In this document: one piece after another, positions 16,994 to 26,958 of the stretch
How the letters are laid out: each line of letters starts with the position of its first letter
Position numbering within the stretch: position 1 is the stretch's first letter
NCBI GenBank assembly: GCA_046484135.1
Contig: JAWOBU010000067.1
Location: 1-62,803, forward strand
Length of the DNA stretch: 62,803 bases
Direction of reading: 5' to 3'
DNA from: a bacterium
GTDB lineage: Bacteria; RBG-13-61-14; DATKZS01
Program-made: the position numbers and the translations under genes
Notes under the pieces: model-generated
What the model was told of the DNA's origin: nothing
Database searches by the model: none
The model's input: only the letters and a program-made list of their open reading frames with translations

Positions 16994-17488
16994 ATGGACC
17001 TGCTCGTTATATCCGATACCCACGGCCACACAAAAGACGCCGTGCAAGTGATCTGCTCACGGAACTGGGACCACGTGATACACCTGGGTGACACCGCACT
17101 GGACGCTGTCTCGCTGGCAGCCGAGTTGGGTATAGACGTGGTGGCCTTGCGCGGAAACAACGAGTACCCGGACTCGCCTTCCTTTCACGACGAGCTCGTC
17201 TTCGATGCCGGCGGAGTAAAGTTCTACGCCATTCACGGCCACGAGCTGGACATAAATCCCTGGGACGGCAACCTGGAGGACTCGCTTCTACAGCTTTCGC
17301 AAAGGGCGGAGAAAGCAGGAGCCCGGGTGGCATTGTTCGGCCACACCCATAAGCCCATGGTCCGCGAGATAAACGGAGTGCTACTTGTAAACCCGGGCGG
17401 ACTGGGCCTGGGCGATAAAAAGAAAACCTATGCCGTGGTGTCAGTGGCGGACACGGGCGAAGTCTATGCCCGAACAAAAGAGCTTTGA
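16994..17488 (+). CDS. YfcE/MJ0936-family metallophosphoesterase
   Basis: MDLLVISDTHGH, HLGD, GNNE, GHTHKP, LLVNPGG motifs in the canonical order. Confidence 0.85.
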   Translation: MDLLVISDTHGHTKDAVQVICSRNWDHVIHLGDTALDAVSLAAELGIDVVALRGNNEYPDSPSFHDELVFDAGGVKFYAIHGHELDINPWDGNLEDSLLQLSQRAEKAGARVALFGHTHKPMVREINGVLLVNPGGLGLGDKKKTYAVVSVADTGEVYARTKEL

Positions 17489-17599
17489 CAAAGAAGGACC
17501 CCTCCTGTACCGCTCTGCAAAAATCATTTAATAAAAAACATACGGTCCTGCCTTCACCAGGCTGCTGTTTTGCTCCTTTGATCCGCTTCTCGAGCGGTT

Positions 17600-17620
17600 A
17601 AAACGGGGGGGGGTCCCGTT
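17600..17620 (-). terminator. Intrinsic-terminator-like hairpin downstream of pnp
   Basis: The minus strand reads AACGGG-ACCCCCC-CCCGTT followed by TT, about 10 nt after the pnp stop. It contains a C9/G9 homopolymer. The T-run is short. Confidence 0.4.
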
Positions 17621-17629
17621 GGTTCTTTT

Positions 17630-19906
17630 TCAGCGGTCATCCGTGTCGTCTTGGTTATCTCTTCCCGGTCTTTTTTTCTTGTGCGGCGGCTTTCGGCGGC
17701 CTTCTCCTTTGTCCTTGTCGCCGCCCTCCGGGCCCCTGTAGGGACGGCTTCCGCGCGGCGGCGACTTCTTCTCTTTGTCCTCCTGGCGGGGCGGCTTTCT
17801 CGCACCTTCCGGCTGCTGGTCCAGAACGTCTTTCCTGGAGAGGCTGATCTTGCCGTTGTCGTCAATATCCACAACCTTTACGACCACCGGGTCTCCTTCC
17901 TGCAAAACGTCGGTGACCTTCTCGATCCGGTAGTTTTCCATTCTCGAGATGTGGATGAGCCCTTCGGTATTGGGTAGAATGGAAACGAAGGCACCGAAGT
18001 CCATGACCTTGGTAACCTTGCCGGTGTAAACCTTGCCCACCTCCGCGACCTCGGTGAGGTCCTCGATGATCTTCTTGGCCTTGTCATTGGTCTCCATGTC
18101 GGTCGAGCTGATCCGGACCGTGCCGTCGTCCTCCACGTCTATCTCGGCGCCGGTCTCCTCCACGATGCTCCGGATCATCTTGCCGCCCGGACCGATAACA
18201 TCCTTGATCTTTTCAATCGGCACCTGCACGGTAACGATCCGGGGCGCATTCGGCGAAAGCTCGGGCCGGGGCCGGGAGATCGCCTTGTTCATCTCCTCCA
18301 GGATATGAAGCCGCGCCTTGCGGGCCTGCTCCAGCGCCCGGGACATGACGGACCGGTCGAGGCCCGATATCTTGATGTCCATCTGTACCGCAGTCACTCC
18401 CTCGGAAGTACCGGCGACCTTGAAGTCCATGTCCCCGCAGTGGTCCTCGTCCCCCATGATGTCGGTCAGTACGTGAAACTTGCCCTCGTCCTCTTTGACC
18501 AGGCCCATGGCTACGCCCGCCACCTGGTCCAGAACCGGAACACCCGCGTCCATAAGGGACATGGAACCGCCGCAAACCGAAGCCATCGAGCTCGAGCCGT
18601 TCGACTCGGTTATCTCGGAAACCACCCGCACCGTGTAGGGGAAATCCTCGTGGCCCGGCATAACGCGGGCCAGGGCCCGCTCGGCAAGGTAGCCGTGCCC
18701 GATCTCCCGCCGGCCGGGCCCGAGCCTGCCCTTGACCTCGCCCACCGAGTAAGGGGGAAAGTTGTAATGAAGATAAAACGTCTTGTAGTAATCCTCTTCC
18801 AGCCGTTCGATCTTGCGTTCGTCCTTGCGCGTGCCCAGCGTGCTCACCACCAGCGCCTGGGTCTCGCCCCGCTGGAAAAGCGCAGAGCCGTGGACCCGGG
18901 GAAGGAACTCGACCTCGCAGGAAACGGGCCGGACATCCTCGAACTTCCGCCCGTCCGCCCGAGTACCTTCCTCGATTATCATCCGCCGAAGGACGTCCTT
19001 TTCCATCTTGTCCTTGATCCGGGAAAAGTAAATCTCCCTGCCCGGACCCAGGTCGTACTCCTCTTCCACCAGCTTGTCATGCACCGAGCTCCAGAGCTCC
19101 CGCAGAGCCTGGTGCCGCTCGACTTTACCGGGTATCCGCCAGCTTTTATCCAGCTCTTCGCCTACGAGCTCCCTGGTACGGTCTTTAAGCTTCGGGGGAG
19201 CCTCGATGGGTTCTGTCTCCGTCTTGGGCACTCCCACCGCCTCCCGGAGCTCCTCCTGGATCTCCAGGACCGGCTGGATAAACTCGTAAGCCTTGAAAAT
19301 GCCCTCGAGGAACTCTTCCTCCGGAACCATGGAAGCGCCGCCCTCGACCATGAGGACACCGTTCCGATTGCCGGCCACCACCAGCTCGACGTCGCTCTCT
19401 TCCAACTGGGCGTAGCCCGGATTAAAAACCCATTCGTCGCCGACCCGGATGATCTGGGTCGCGGCCAGTGGCCCCTCGAAGGGAATATGAGATACCTCGA
19501 GGGCGGCGCTGGCGCCGATCATGGCCAGCACTGCCGGGTTGCTCGCCAGGTCGGAAGAGAACACGGTGGGAATGATCTGGGTCTCGTAAAACCAGTTCTT
19601 GGGGAAAAGGGGCCGGACGGGCCGGTCAATAAGCCGGCAACTCAAGGTCTCGAAGTCGGTGGGCCTTCCTTCCCGCTTGAAGAAGCCGCCCGGGACCTTG
19701 CCGGTGGCGTAGTACTTCTCCTGGTAGTTCACGGTGAGGGGAATGAAATCGCCGGGTTCGCTCATTCTCTTGTCGGCAACCACGGTAACCAGCACCATGC
19801 TGCCGCCGTAACTGACGGTTACCGCGCCGTCCGCCTGCTTCGCTATCTTCCCGGTTTCGATGGACAGTTCGCGACCGCCCCATTGCACACTTACTTTCTT
19901 GTACAT
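17630..19906 (-). CDS. pnp: Polyribonucleotide nucleotidyltransferase (PNPase) with an extended charged C-terminal tail
   Basis: MYKKVSVQWGGRELSIETGKIAKQADGAV.., two RNase PH domains, KH (GPGGKMIRSIVEETG) and S1 (GKVTKVMDFGAFVSI). 758 aa including a tail of roughly 60 aa rich in K/R/D/E/G/P. Confidence 0.97.
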   Translation of the reverse strand: MYKKVSVQWGGRELSIETGKIAKQADGAVTVSYGGSMVLVTVVADKRMSEPGDFIPLTVNYQEKYYATGKVPGGFFKREGRPTDFETLSCRLIDRPVRPLFPKNWFYETQIIPTVFSSDLASNPAVLAMIGASAALEVSHIPFEGPLAATQIIRVGDEWVFNPGYAQLEESDVELVVAGNRNGVLMVEGGASMVPEEEFLEGIFKAYEFIQPVLEIQEELREAVGVPKTETEPIEAPPKLKDRTRELVGEELDKSWRIPGKVERHQALRELWSSVHDKLVEEEYDLGPGREIYFSRIKDKMEKDVLRRMIIEEGTRADGRKFEDVRPVSCEVEFLPRVHGSALFQRGETQALVVSTLGTRKDERKIERLEEDYYKTFYLHYNFPPYSVGEVKGRLGPGRREIGHGYLAERALARVMPGHEDFPYTVRVVSEITESNGSSSMASVCGGSMSLMDAGVPVLDQVAGVAMGLVKEDEGKFHVLTDIMGDEDHCGDMDFKVAGTSEGVTAVQMDIKISGLDRSVMSRALEQARKARLHILEEMNKAISRPRPELSPNAPRIVTVQVPIEKIKDVIGPGGKMIRSIVEETGAEIDVEDDGTVRISSTDMETNDKAKKIIEDLTEVAEVGKVYTGKVTKVMDFGAFVSILPNTEGLIHISRMENYRIEKVTDVLQEGDPVVVKVVDIDDNGKISLSRKDVLDQQPEGARKPPRQEDKEKKSPPRGSRPYRGPEGGDKDKGEGRRKPPHKKKRPGRDNQDDTDDR

Positions 19907-20101
19907 GGATACTCTGCTCCTTCAAGTGTCCCCGGCCGCGAAAGGGCGGGCCCGATCCACGTCCCGATCCCGTGTTTATGTAAAGCCCGACAGGATGAAA
20001 CCTGCGGCTTTAAGAACACGGGACCCGGATGTGACCCGGGTCCTGACGCCTTGCGACCTGGAGAGTTCAGTTAGGGGCCCGGGAAACCCGGACCCGCGTT
20101 A
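19907..20101 (-). promoter_or_regulatory. rpsO-pnp intergenic leader with two GC-rich hairpins
   Basis: Hairpins at 20074-20097 (GGGTCCGGG-TTT-CCCGGGCCC on the minus strand) and 20021-20043 (GGACCCGG-GTCACAT-CCGGGTCC). The position matches the known rpsO terminator / pnp autoregulatory leader arrangement in other bacteria. Confidence 0.45.
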
Positions 20102-20371
20102 TTACTTTCTCAACCCCAGCCTTTCAATCAACGACCGGTAGCGCTGCGGATCATTCTTTTTCAAGTAAGTCAAAAGCCTGCGCCTCTGACCTACCATCTT
20201 AAGCAGGCCCCGCCGAGAATGATGGTCCTTGGGATGAGTCTTGAAATGCTCGGTCAAGTGAGCTATGCGCTCCGTAAGAAGCGCTACCTGAACCTCGGGA
20301 GAACCGGTGTCTCCCTCCTTAAGCTGATAATCTTTTATTACCTCTTCTTTTCTGTCCTTAGCCAGCCCCAT
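20102..20371 (-). CDS. rpsO: 30S ribosomal protein S15
   Basis: [70 protein letters not shown]. Start ATG 20371 with AGGAGG upstream; the track's 20419 start is an extension. Confidence 0.95.
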   Translation of the reverse strand: MGLAKDRKEEVIKDYQLKEGDTGSPEVQVALLTERIAHLTEHFKTHPKDHHSRRGLLKMVGQRRRLLTYLKKNDPQRYRSLIERLGLRK

Positions 20372-20640
20372 AATTATCACCTCCTTTACGCCGGCCCCGG
20401 GGAATGCGCCCCGGGTCAATATTTAAACAGTAAGAAAGGTAACACAATTAATCCCCGAAGTAAATCACCGGCAAACAGAAAGCACGCCTTCCCTCTTCCC
20501 GATCCTCTTCCGGAGCAATAATAACGGAACAAGAGGAACCTTCAAGACGACTTCTCGCAAGATACTCTTAAGGCAGGGAAAAGAATGGCTTGGCCGGCCG
20601 GAGCCGCTCGCACACATTACATTATTTTTAAAGAATGATC

Positions 20641-20856
20641 TTATAAATCTTCCGGCCTCAATCCGGTATGTTTTGCAATTCGGGCAAGCATGCGCGGGCC
20701 GATCTCTTCATTATCGTGGAATGCGAACACATAATCAGGCCAGCCGGGCCTCTCCAGCACACGATGAGACGTTCCTGCTTGTCTCTTTACGGACCAGCCG
20801 ATCCGCAACAAGGCGGAGAGGACTTTTCCGGCTTTTGTTGAGGGCCACTTACTCAT
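20641..20856 (-). CDS. hicA: HicA-family mRNA interferase toxin
   Basis: 71 aa, MSKWPSTKAGKVLSALLRIGWSVKRQAGTSHRVLERPGWPDYVFAFHDNEEIGPRMLARIAKHTGL; the typical HicA/YcfA pattern. Confidence 0.85.
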   Translation of the reverse strand: MSKWPSTKAGKVLSALLRIGWSVKRQAGTSHRVLERPGWPDYVFAFHDNEEIGPRMLARIAKHTGLRPEDL

Positions 20857-21053
20857 TAAGCAACCGCAAAGATTTCCTTCAGGTCGCGAACCTCTTCCCC
20901 GTTTTCCAACCGGTCGGCCATAGCTCGCAAGGCCAGGGCCTTTACCCCGTTGATAGCCTCCTCCCTGGTCTCTCCATATACCATCGCACCAGGTATCTCC
21001 GGGATCTCAGCTATCCACCGACCGTCTTCTTCCTTTTCAACATCTATTAACAA
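20856..21053 (-). CDS. hicB: HicB-like antitoxin (UPF0150 fold)
   Basis: 65 aa, ..EEDGRWIAEIPEIPGAMVYGETREEAINGVKALAL.. TTG start with GGAGG 7 nt upstream. Its stop overlaps the hicA ATG (TAATG). Confidence 0.8.
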   Translation of the reverse strand: MLIDVEKEEDGRWIAEIPEIPGAMVYGETREEAINGVKALALRAMADRLENGEEVRDLKEIFAVA

Positions 21054-21253
21054 ATTAAGACCTCCTTATTAATTTCTTTATTAATATAACATCTTACAGC
21101 GGTCCTGTGTAGTTAAAATTTTGGGGCCCTCCTGAGAGTCTGTGGGGGATGTCAGTTGAACAGGTAGCGTTTGACAAAACAATCCTCCCGGAAAAGAATG
21201 AGCACAAAGGAGCGCTTTCAAGAAAACCTTATCTGGAGAGGAGGAGGATAGAA

Positions 21254-21946
21254 ATGTCCGATTTTAAAGACCCGAAATGCGCGGTGTGCGGCATCCCGCT
21301 TTTCGAGAAGGCCTGTTTTGTTGACGGCGGCAAAGGACCGGATTTCTGCCCCACCAGGCACGGCGCCGACCTAATCGAGGAGGCCCGCGAAGAGTACAAA
21401 GACCCGGGCATAAAAGAGTTCGCTCGGCTCTCCTCCGTGCAGGAGGGAGAGTGTTACCTGGAGAAAGACCGTCAGCCCTACATTCCCCATTGCGGCAAGA
21501 CGCGCATCCAGGAGGTGTGCGAGTTCGCGGAAAAGATAGGGGCCAAGAAGCTCGGCATCGCCTACTGTATCGGCCTGGCCCGGGAAGCCGGGATGCTCAA
21601 TGACATCTTCGAACACCAGGGCTTCGAGGTCACCAGCGTGGTCTGCAAGGTGGGCAGGATACTGAAAGAGGAAGAGCTGGGCGTAAAGGACGAAGAAAAG
21701 ATCATGATCGGCACCGCGGAGACCGCTTGTAACCCGATATTGCAGGCCAAGTTACTGAACCGGGCGGGAGTGGACCTGAACGTGCTCTTGGGGCTTTGCG
21801 TGGGCCACGACTCTTTGTTTCTGAAGTACGCCAAGGGCTATACCACGGTGCTGGCGGTAAAGGACCGGGTTACCGGGCACAATCCTCTGGCCGCGCTTTA
21901 TACTTCGCATTCCTACTATATGTTCATGCACCGGCAGGGGTTTTAG
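21254..21946 (+). CDS. DUF1847-family Cys-rich metal-binding protein
   Basis: MSDFKDPKCAVCGIPLFEKACFVDGGKGPDFCPT.. ; start ATG 21254 after GGAGAGGAGGAGG. The family assignment is from memory of the motif pattern. Confidence 0.55.
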   Translation: MSDFKDPKCAVCGIPLFEKACFVDGGKGPDFCPTRHGADLIEEAREEYKDPGIKEFARLSSVQEGECYLEKDRQPYIPHCGKTRIQEVCEFAEKIGAKKLGIAYCIGLAREAGMLNDIFEHQGFEVTSVVCKVGRILKEEELGVKDEEKIMIGTAETACNPILQAKLLNRAGVDLNVLLGLCVGHDSLFLKYAKGYTTVLAVKDRVTGHNPLAALYTSHSYYMFMHRQGF

Positions 21947-22043
21947 TGCTCGGCAAGATGTGAGTTGCCGAAGTTATCCGGGCGAATGAGTTCGCGACTT
22001 AAGTTGCTCGCACCAATAGTAACGCAGTAGAGGAGTAACGCTC

Positions 22044-24377
22044 ATGGACAAGGTCAAGAAAGTAAAAGGACGCGGTTTAATGCTCATGGTACTGTCGGCC
22101 TGGCTTATTGCAGGCTCCGGTCTTCTCATGGGCGGATCGGGAAAGGCCGAAACGGTCTCCGTCCTGCAAGGGCCGGAGCTTCGGGCTGAGGTCTCGCGCG
22201 GTCCGTTTTCCATGCGGGTGCTGGACCCCGCAGGCAAGGAGCTCTTGCGGACCACCGGCAAGATAAGCTTTACCACGGTAACAAAGCAGAAGCCCTACCA
22301 GTTCATTGCCTGGTGGAAGTGGACACCCGCCATCAAAAAGCCCTGGACCCACGCGGACCAGGTGGTGTCCCTTGAAAAAAAGAATGACGAGTTGGTGGTA
22401 GAGCTGGCAGAAGAGACCGGCGGCAAGGCGCTGGTACGGCTCCGTGCTTTCTTCATTGACTCCGGCGCTCTGCGGGTCGAGACCCGGGTACTGGACCGTC
22501 CCGACGTAAACCGGCTGGTTCTGCGCTTTAGAAAACATTCGGATGACCGCTATTACGGCATGGGCGAGCGGTTCAACTCCGCGGAGCACAGCGGCGAAAG
22601 GGTCCGGGTCTGGTGCGAGGAAGGCGGGCTCGGCATTGGCCGGCTACACAAGGTCCTGCCCGGCCTTTCCTTCAACCCGTTCCCCAAGGGAAAGGACATG
22701 ACCTATTACCCGGTCCCGTTCTTCCTGAACACCAGGGGATACGGCTTTCTGCTCGATGATACCCATTACAGCGCCTTTGATTTCGGAAAGAAGGATCCCG
22801 AGGTTGTCGAGATCGAAAACTGGAACCGAAGCTTCGACTTCATGATCTTTTACGGGCCTTCGCCCCTCGAGGTCATCGAGTCCCAGACCGACTACACGGG
22901 CAGGATCACACCTCCCCTGCCGTGGGTCTTCGGTGTGTGGAACGTGTGCAACCAGGGCGAGGACCGGCTCTACCAGGTCGCCCAAACGGTGCGGGAAGAG
23001 AACATCCCCACCAGCGCCATCTGGGCGGAAGACTGGTGGTGGCGCGAGGAGTGGACCATCGAGCGGGACAGGTACCCGCATTACGAGAAGATGATCGCGG
23101 ACCTCCACCGGGACGGCTTCCGCTACCTGGGCTACTTTCAACCCAACATAAGCCCGGGCACCAGCGCCTTTGTGGAAGGCGACTCCCGCGGCTATTTCAC
23201 CAAAAACGAGGAGGGCGAGACTTACCTTTACGACCTGGCAGTGTGGGAAAAGGCCCAGCTCGATCTTACCAATCCGGAGGCACGCGAGTGGTGGAAACAG
23301 AGCTTCTTTAAGAAAGCGGAAAGCTGGGGGGTAGACGGATGGATGCACGACTTCTCGGAGTATACCCCGCCGGACTCGGTGTCTTACGACGGCACGGTGG
23401 GGTGGGAGCTCCACAACTACTATCCGGTGCTCTGGGCCAAGCTCGGAAGAGAGTTCTGGGAAAAGGCGAGACCGGACGGAGACTGGGTGTTTTTCATGCG
23501 AGGCGGTTACACCGGCACTCAGAAGTACGCGCCCGTTATGTGGACGGGCGACCAGAACTCGAGCTTTGGAAAGCTGGACGGCCTTCCCTCCAACATACCT
23601 GCCCTGCTGTCGGTAGGCATATCCGGCCATCCGGTCGGGACCACCGACATAGCAGGATACCACTGCGGACTCAGCACTCCCACCGACAAGGAGCTGTTCA
23701 TGCGGTGGGCAGAGCTCGGAGCCCTCTGCCCGGTGATGAGAAACCACCGGGGACACGAGCCCTGCGACCACTGGAGGTTTGACCAGGACCGGGAAACCCT
23801 CCTGCACTATAAGAAGTACGCCAGGCTCCATGCCTCGCTGTTTCCCTACATCTACACCCTGGTGCACCAGGCCGCGGAGCACGGATACCCGGTCATGCGA
23901 CATCTCGTGCTCCACTACCCCGGCGATCCCGGATCAGCACGACAGGACTATGAGTTCCTGCTCGGGGACCGGCTTCTGGTAGCGCCGGTGTTAAAGGACG
24001 GCGCCCGAGTGTGGGAGGTCTACCTCCCGCCCGGAAAGTGGTATCACTACTGGAGCGGCAAAGCATATGAGGGTCCGGGAAAGCAGACCGTGCCGGCCCC
24101 TCTCGGCGAGACACCTCTCTTTGTCAAGAAAGGCGCAATACTGCCGCTTTACGACAAAAGGATTGACACCCTGGTCCGGGAAGATAAACAGGACCTGCAG
24201 GGCTTCACCGACGCCAACCGGTCCCTCGAGGTAGCGTTCTACGGAAACGGCGCAGACGAGTTAAAACTTTGGGACAACACCCGGATATCCTGTACCAGAA
24301 AGCCGGGCAAGAAAGGCTCCTGTAAAGTAACGGACGCGCCCGTCAAAAGGACCTACAGCTTTGACTTCCGGGAATGA
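22044..24377 (+). CDS. Glycoside hydrolase family 31 (alpha-glucosidase/alpha-xylosidase-like), secreted
   Basis: Signal-like N-terminus. SAIWAEDWWW, catalytic-region GVDGWMHDFSEY, and VMWTGDQNSSF blocks typical of GH31. Confidence 0.85.
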   Translation: MDKVKKVKGRGLMLMVLSAWLIAGSGLLMGGSGKAETVSVLQGPELRAEVSRGPFSMRVLDPAGKELLRTTGKISFTTVTKQKPYQFIAWWKWTPAIKKPWTHADQVVSLEKKNDELVVELAEETGGKALVRLRAFFIDSGALRVETRVLDRPDVNRLVLRFRKHSDDRYYGMGERFNSAEHSGERVRVWCEEGGLGIGRLHKVLPGLSFNPFPKGKDMTYYPVPFFLNTRGYGFLLDDTHYSAFDFGKKDPEVVEIENWNRSFDFMIFYGPSPLEVIESQTDYTGRITPPLPWVFGVWNVCNQGEDRLYQVAQTVREENIPTSAIWAEDWWWREEWTIERDRYPHYEKMIADLHRDGFRYLGYFQPNISPGTSAFVEGDSRGYFTKNEEGETYLYDLAVWEKAQLDLTNPEAREWWKQSFFKKAESWGVDGWMHDFSEYTPPDSVSYDGTVGWELHNYYPVLWAKLGREFWEKARPDGDWVFFMRGGYTGTQKYAPVMWTGDQNSSFGKLDGLPSNIPALLSVGISGHPVGTTDIAGYHCGLSTPTDKELFMRWAELGALCPVMRNHRGHEPCDHWRFDQDRETLLHYKKYARLHASLFPYIYTLVHQAAEHGYPVMRHLVLHYPGDPGSARQDYEFLLGDRLLVAPVLKDGARVWEVYLPPGKWYHYWSGKAYEGPGKQTVPAPLGETPLFVKKGAILPLYDKRIDTLVREDKQDLQGFTDANRSLEVAFYGNGADELKLWDNTRISCTRKPGKKGSCKVTDAPVKRTYSFDFRE

Positions 24378-24518
24378 AAACACAAGAGAAGAATTGAGGA
24401 GCATTTAACTTTGCTCCTTGAACAGGCCGGAAGACAAAGATAAAATAGAAACATGATTTTCTCGCTGATAAGAGCAAGCGGAAAAAACACAGAAGCAGAC
24501 GCTGTAAAGGACTAAAAC

Positions 24519-25373
24519 ATGTATTTCAAGTTTTCGTGTAAAGGGTTTGAAGTTGCATTCTCCGGCGATCCCGCCTACGTGGAAAAACAGATCGAAAAGT
24601 ACGAGCCTCATATCCTCCAGGCCCTCAAGCACGTGCAGGCCGAGCAGGAAAAGGAAGAACAGATAAAGACCGAGCCGGAAAAGAAGCCGGAGCCCGCGTC
24701 CGGGCGGGAGGAAAACGACTCCCGGCAGAAGCATTATTCCGGAAAGCGCAGGAAGAACCATTCCCGGGGCCGTCCGCCGGACAAAAAGGACCAGCGTTCC
24801 GGAGGCCATCCCTACCGCAAGGAACAGGAGGAGTCTGCTTCCCGCTCCGATAACCTCCGGCCCATCGCCGAGTCCGAGGCTGCCCGACCGGCAGAAAAGG
24901 AGGAGGATGACAGCATCCCGTTTCCGGAAGGGGGGGACGAAAAATCGTCCTCCTTAGACTCAGCCTCGGCTCCTGCAGAAAAGTCCGAACCGGGCGAAGG
25001 CCAAGAGTCCGCTTCCCCAAAAGACGCACCGGCCGGTTCCTCCGAGTTCCCGGCCCGACGCAAGTCTCCCCGGATCAAGGGTGAGGACTTGGTCCGGACC
25101 ATCGAGTCCAAAAAACCCCGCACCCACCATGACCGGGTGATGGTGTTCGGGCATTACATGGAAACCGAGGGCGGAGGATCGGACTTTACCATCCCGGAGA
25201 TAAAACGCTGCTACCGGGCGGTGAACCAGGACCCGGGCAACAACATCGAGCAGGTCATAAACCACGCCACCCGCTCCGGGTTCATTCTCCGGCATGACCA
25301 GGCGCGGACCAACCGGTTCAAGCTCTCCAGCAAAGGCCGCCGCTACGTGGAAGACGGACTGAAGCTTACTTGA
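24519..25373 (+). CDS. Hypothetical protein (small N-domain, long charged low-complexity linker, C-terminal globular domain)
   Basis: 284-aa ORF with no recognised motif. The C-terminal part (HHDRVMVFGHYMETEGGGSDFTIPEIKRCYRAVNQ..RFKLSSKGRRYVEDGL) could be winged-helix-like. Confidence 0.45.
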   Translation: MYFKFSCKGFEVAFSGDPAYVEKQIEKYEPHILQALKHVQAEQEKEEQIKTEPEKKPEPASGREENDSRQKHYSGKRRKNHSRGRPPDKKDQRSGGHPYRKEQEESASRSDNLRPIAESEAARPAEKEEDDSIPFPEGGDEKSSSLDSASAPAEKSEPGEGQESASPKDAPAGSSEFPARRKSPRIKGEDLVRTIESKKPRTHHDRVMVFGHYMETEGGGSDFTIPEIKRCYRAVNQDPGNNIEQVINHATRSGFILRHDQARTNRFKLSSKGRRYVEDGLKLT

Positions 25374-26958
25374 GACTTTCTCTGCTTTCGCTTCCTGAAT
25401 TGGTTTCACGTTCCGGAGATTTTCTGGAGAGAAGCACCATGACTTTTTGCTTTTCCTGCTCCTGGAAAGGCCATTTCTCTACCAGGCGATACCGCTTCCG
25501 GAAGCCGGGATCGTCGAGAAGCGTTCGCAGGTGCAGGTACTCGAGATTGGATGCTATAAAGTCCGGCTCATACTTCCTAATAGTCTTCCGGACCCACTTT
25601 ATGCTGCCGCCCCATTTCTCTTCCCAGCCGTAGCCGGGATGATCTTTCTTCATCCGCTCCCAGTCCCGCTTGCGGAGCCGATAGATGTCCGGCGAGTTTA
25701 TGCCGGAGCTGTCAATGATCCGGTAGTCCGGAAGCTCGTATCCCAGGACCCCTACTTCGCCCACGAGGACCTTTACCTCTTTTGGATCAAGACTACGCTG
25801 CCGGACCCGCTCATCAATCCTCTTGGCCATCTGCTTCAAAGTCTGTTCCTTCTGCCGAAGCCCGTCAAGCTCTTGTCGGCTTGCCAGCAAGGGCGCGACT
25901 TCAAAGAGCTGAAGAAAAATCATGGTCCCGGCCAGCACGCCGCAGGCCGCCCGCCGGTACCTGGCAGGAATTCTTCCGGCCAGTCCCCTGCCCTGGTAAA
26001 CCGCATGGATGCCGTAGGCGGCCACGAACATAAAAAGCGGAACAGCGGGTATCTGGTACCAGGGGAAAGGTCCTACATTGGTGAAAGAAAGGCCGATGAT
26101 AAAAACCACCGGCCAAGCGACCAGTATGAACGCATGGCGGAAGCTGCGCAGGATGGTCGCCGCTCCCAGGACCCACATTGCGGAAAATATCGCCATGCCC
26201 ATGGGCTGGGACATGGAAAGGAACCAGTCCAGGTAATGGTCCAGGGCCAAAAACGCGGGGTAGGCGTGGATAAGCCCCTTGGCCGCGAGTGAGTGAGGGA
26301 CCGGAGTTCCGAAGGTAATAAACGAGTAAACCAGCCAGGGCGCGATTACCACAATACCTCCCGCGGCAAAGGTAAGCGTCCGCTTTCTGTCCGTCCACAA
26401 AAGATGGATGAAGACCAAAAGAGGCAGAAACGCGGCGTCCGGCCGGGTGAGAACCAGGAGGCCCGACATAACCCCCGCAGCCAGTCCTTTGCCCCGCAAA
26501 TGTAATATCATGACCGCCACCGTCAGGCAACCGGCAAGGGTCGTCTCCATGCCCGTGTTCGCGTTAAGCCACCAGCGGGGAAAAAAACATAAAAAAAGCC
26601 CGCCAACGAGACCGGCGAACTCCTTGCCGGTAACCTTCCCGAGCCGAAAGACCAGCACGGGGGCCAATGCGCCGCACAAAACGCCGACGGCAAAAGCGGC
26701 AGTGGTGATGGAAAATCCCAAGTAGCCGGCCAACGCCAGGAGCAGACAATAAAACGGGGCGGTGGTACCCAGTACCGGCTCTTGATTAAAAACAAACCCC
26801 TTGCCGGAAGCTATGTTGGCGGCGTAACGAAAGGTGATGTAAGCGTCGTCATAAAAAAGCTGTCCCCCGTAAAGCGATGCAACAAGCGGTATGCCCGCCA
26901 GGACCACTATCCAGGCGGGATGGGAAAGACGGGACTTCTTTTCAGGATCGCTCGACAA
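25366..26958 (-). CDS. Polytopic membrane protein, GT-C-like glycosyl/arabinosyltransferase candidate
   Basis: 530 aa. N-terminal loop motif FYDDAYITFRYAANIASGKGFVFN followed by about 10 TM helices and a soluble C-terminal domain. Family call by architecture and motif recollection. Confidence 0.55.
   Translation of the reverse strand: MSSDPEKKSRLSHPAWIVVLAGIPLVASLYGGQLFYDDAYITFRYAANIASGKGFVFNQEPVLGTTAPFYCLLLALAGYLGFSITTAAFAVGVLCGALAPVLVFRLGKVTGKEFAGLVGGLFLCFFPRWWLNANTGMETTLAGCLTVAVMILHLRGKGLAAGVMSGLLVLTRPDAAFLPLLVFIHLLWTDRKRTLTFAAGGIVVIAPWLVYSFITFGTPVPHSLAAKGLIHAYPAFLALDHYLDWFLSMSQPMGMAIFSAMWVLGAATILRSFRHAFILVAWPVVFIIGLSFTNVGPFPWYQIPAVPLFMFVAAYGIHAVYQGRGLAGRIPARYRRAACGVLAGTMIFLQLFEVAPLLASRQELDGLRQKEQTLKQMAKRIDERVRQRSLDPKEVKVLVGEVGVLGYELPDYRIIDSSGINSPDIYRLRKRDWERMKKDHPGYGWEEKWGGSIKWVRKTIRKYEPDFIASNLEYLHLRTLLDDPGFRKRYRLVEKWPFQEQEKQKVMVLLSRKSPERETNSGSESRESLK

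Noticed and set aside
18305-20074. 589-aa plus-strand ORF
   Set aside because: It is antisense to pnp, whose identity is unambiguous. It has no motifs and a GC-rich antisense composition.
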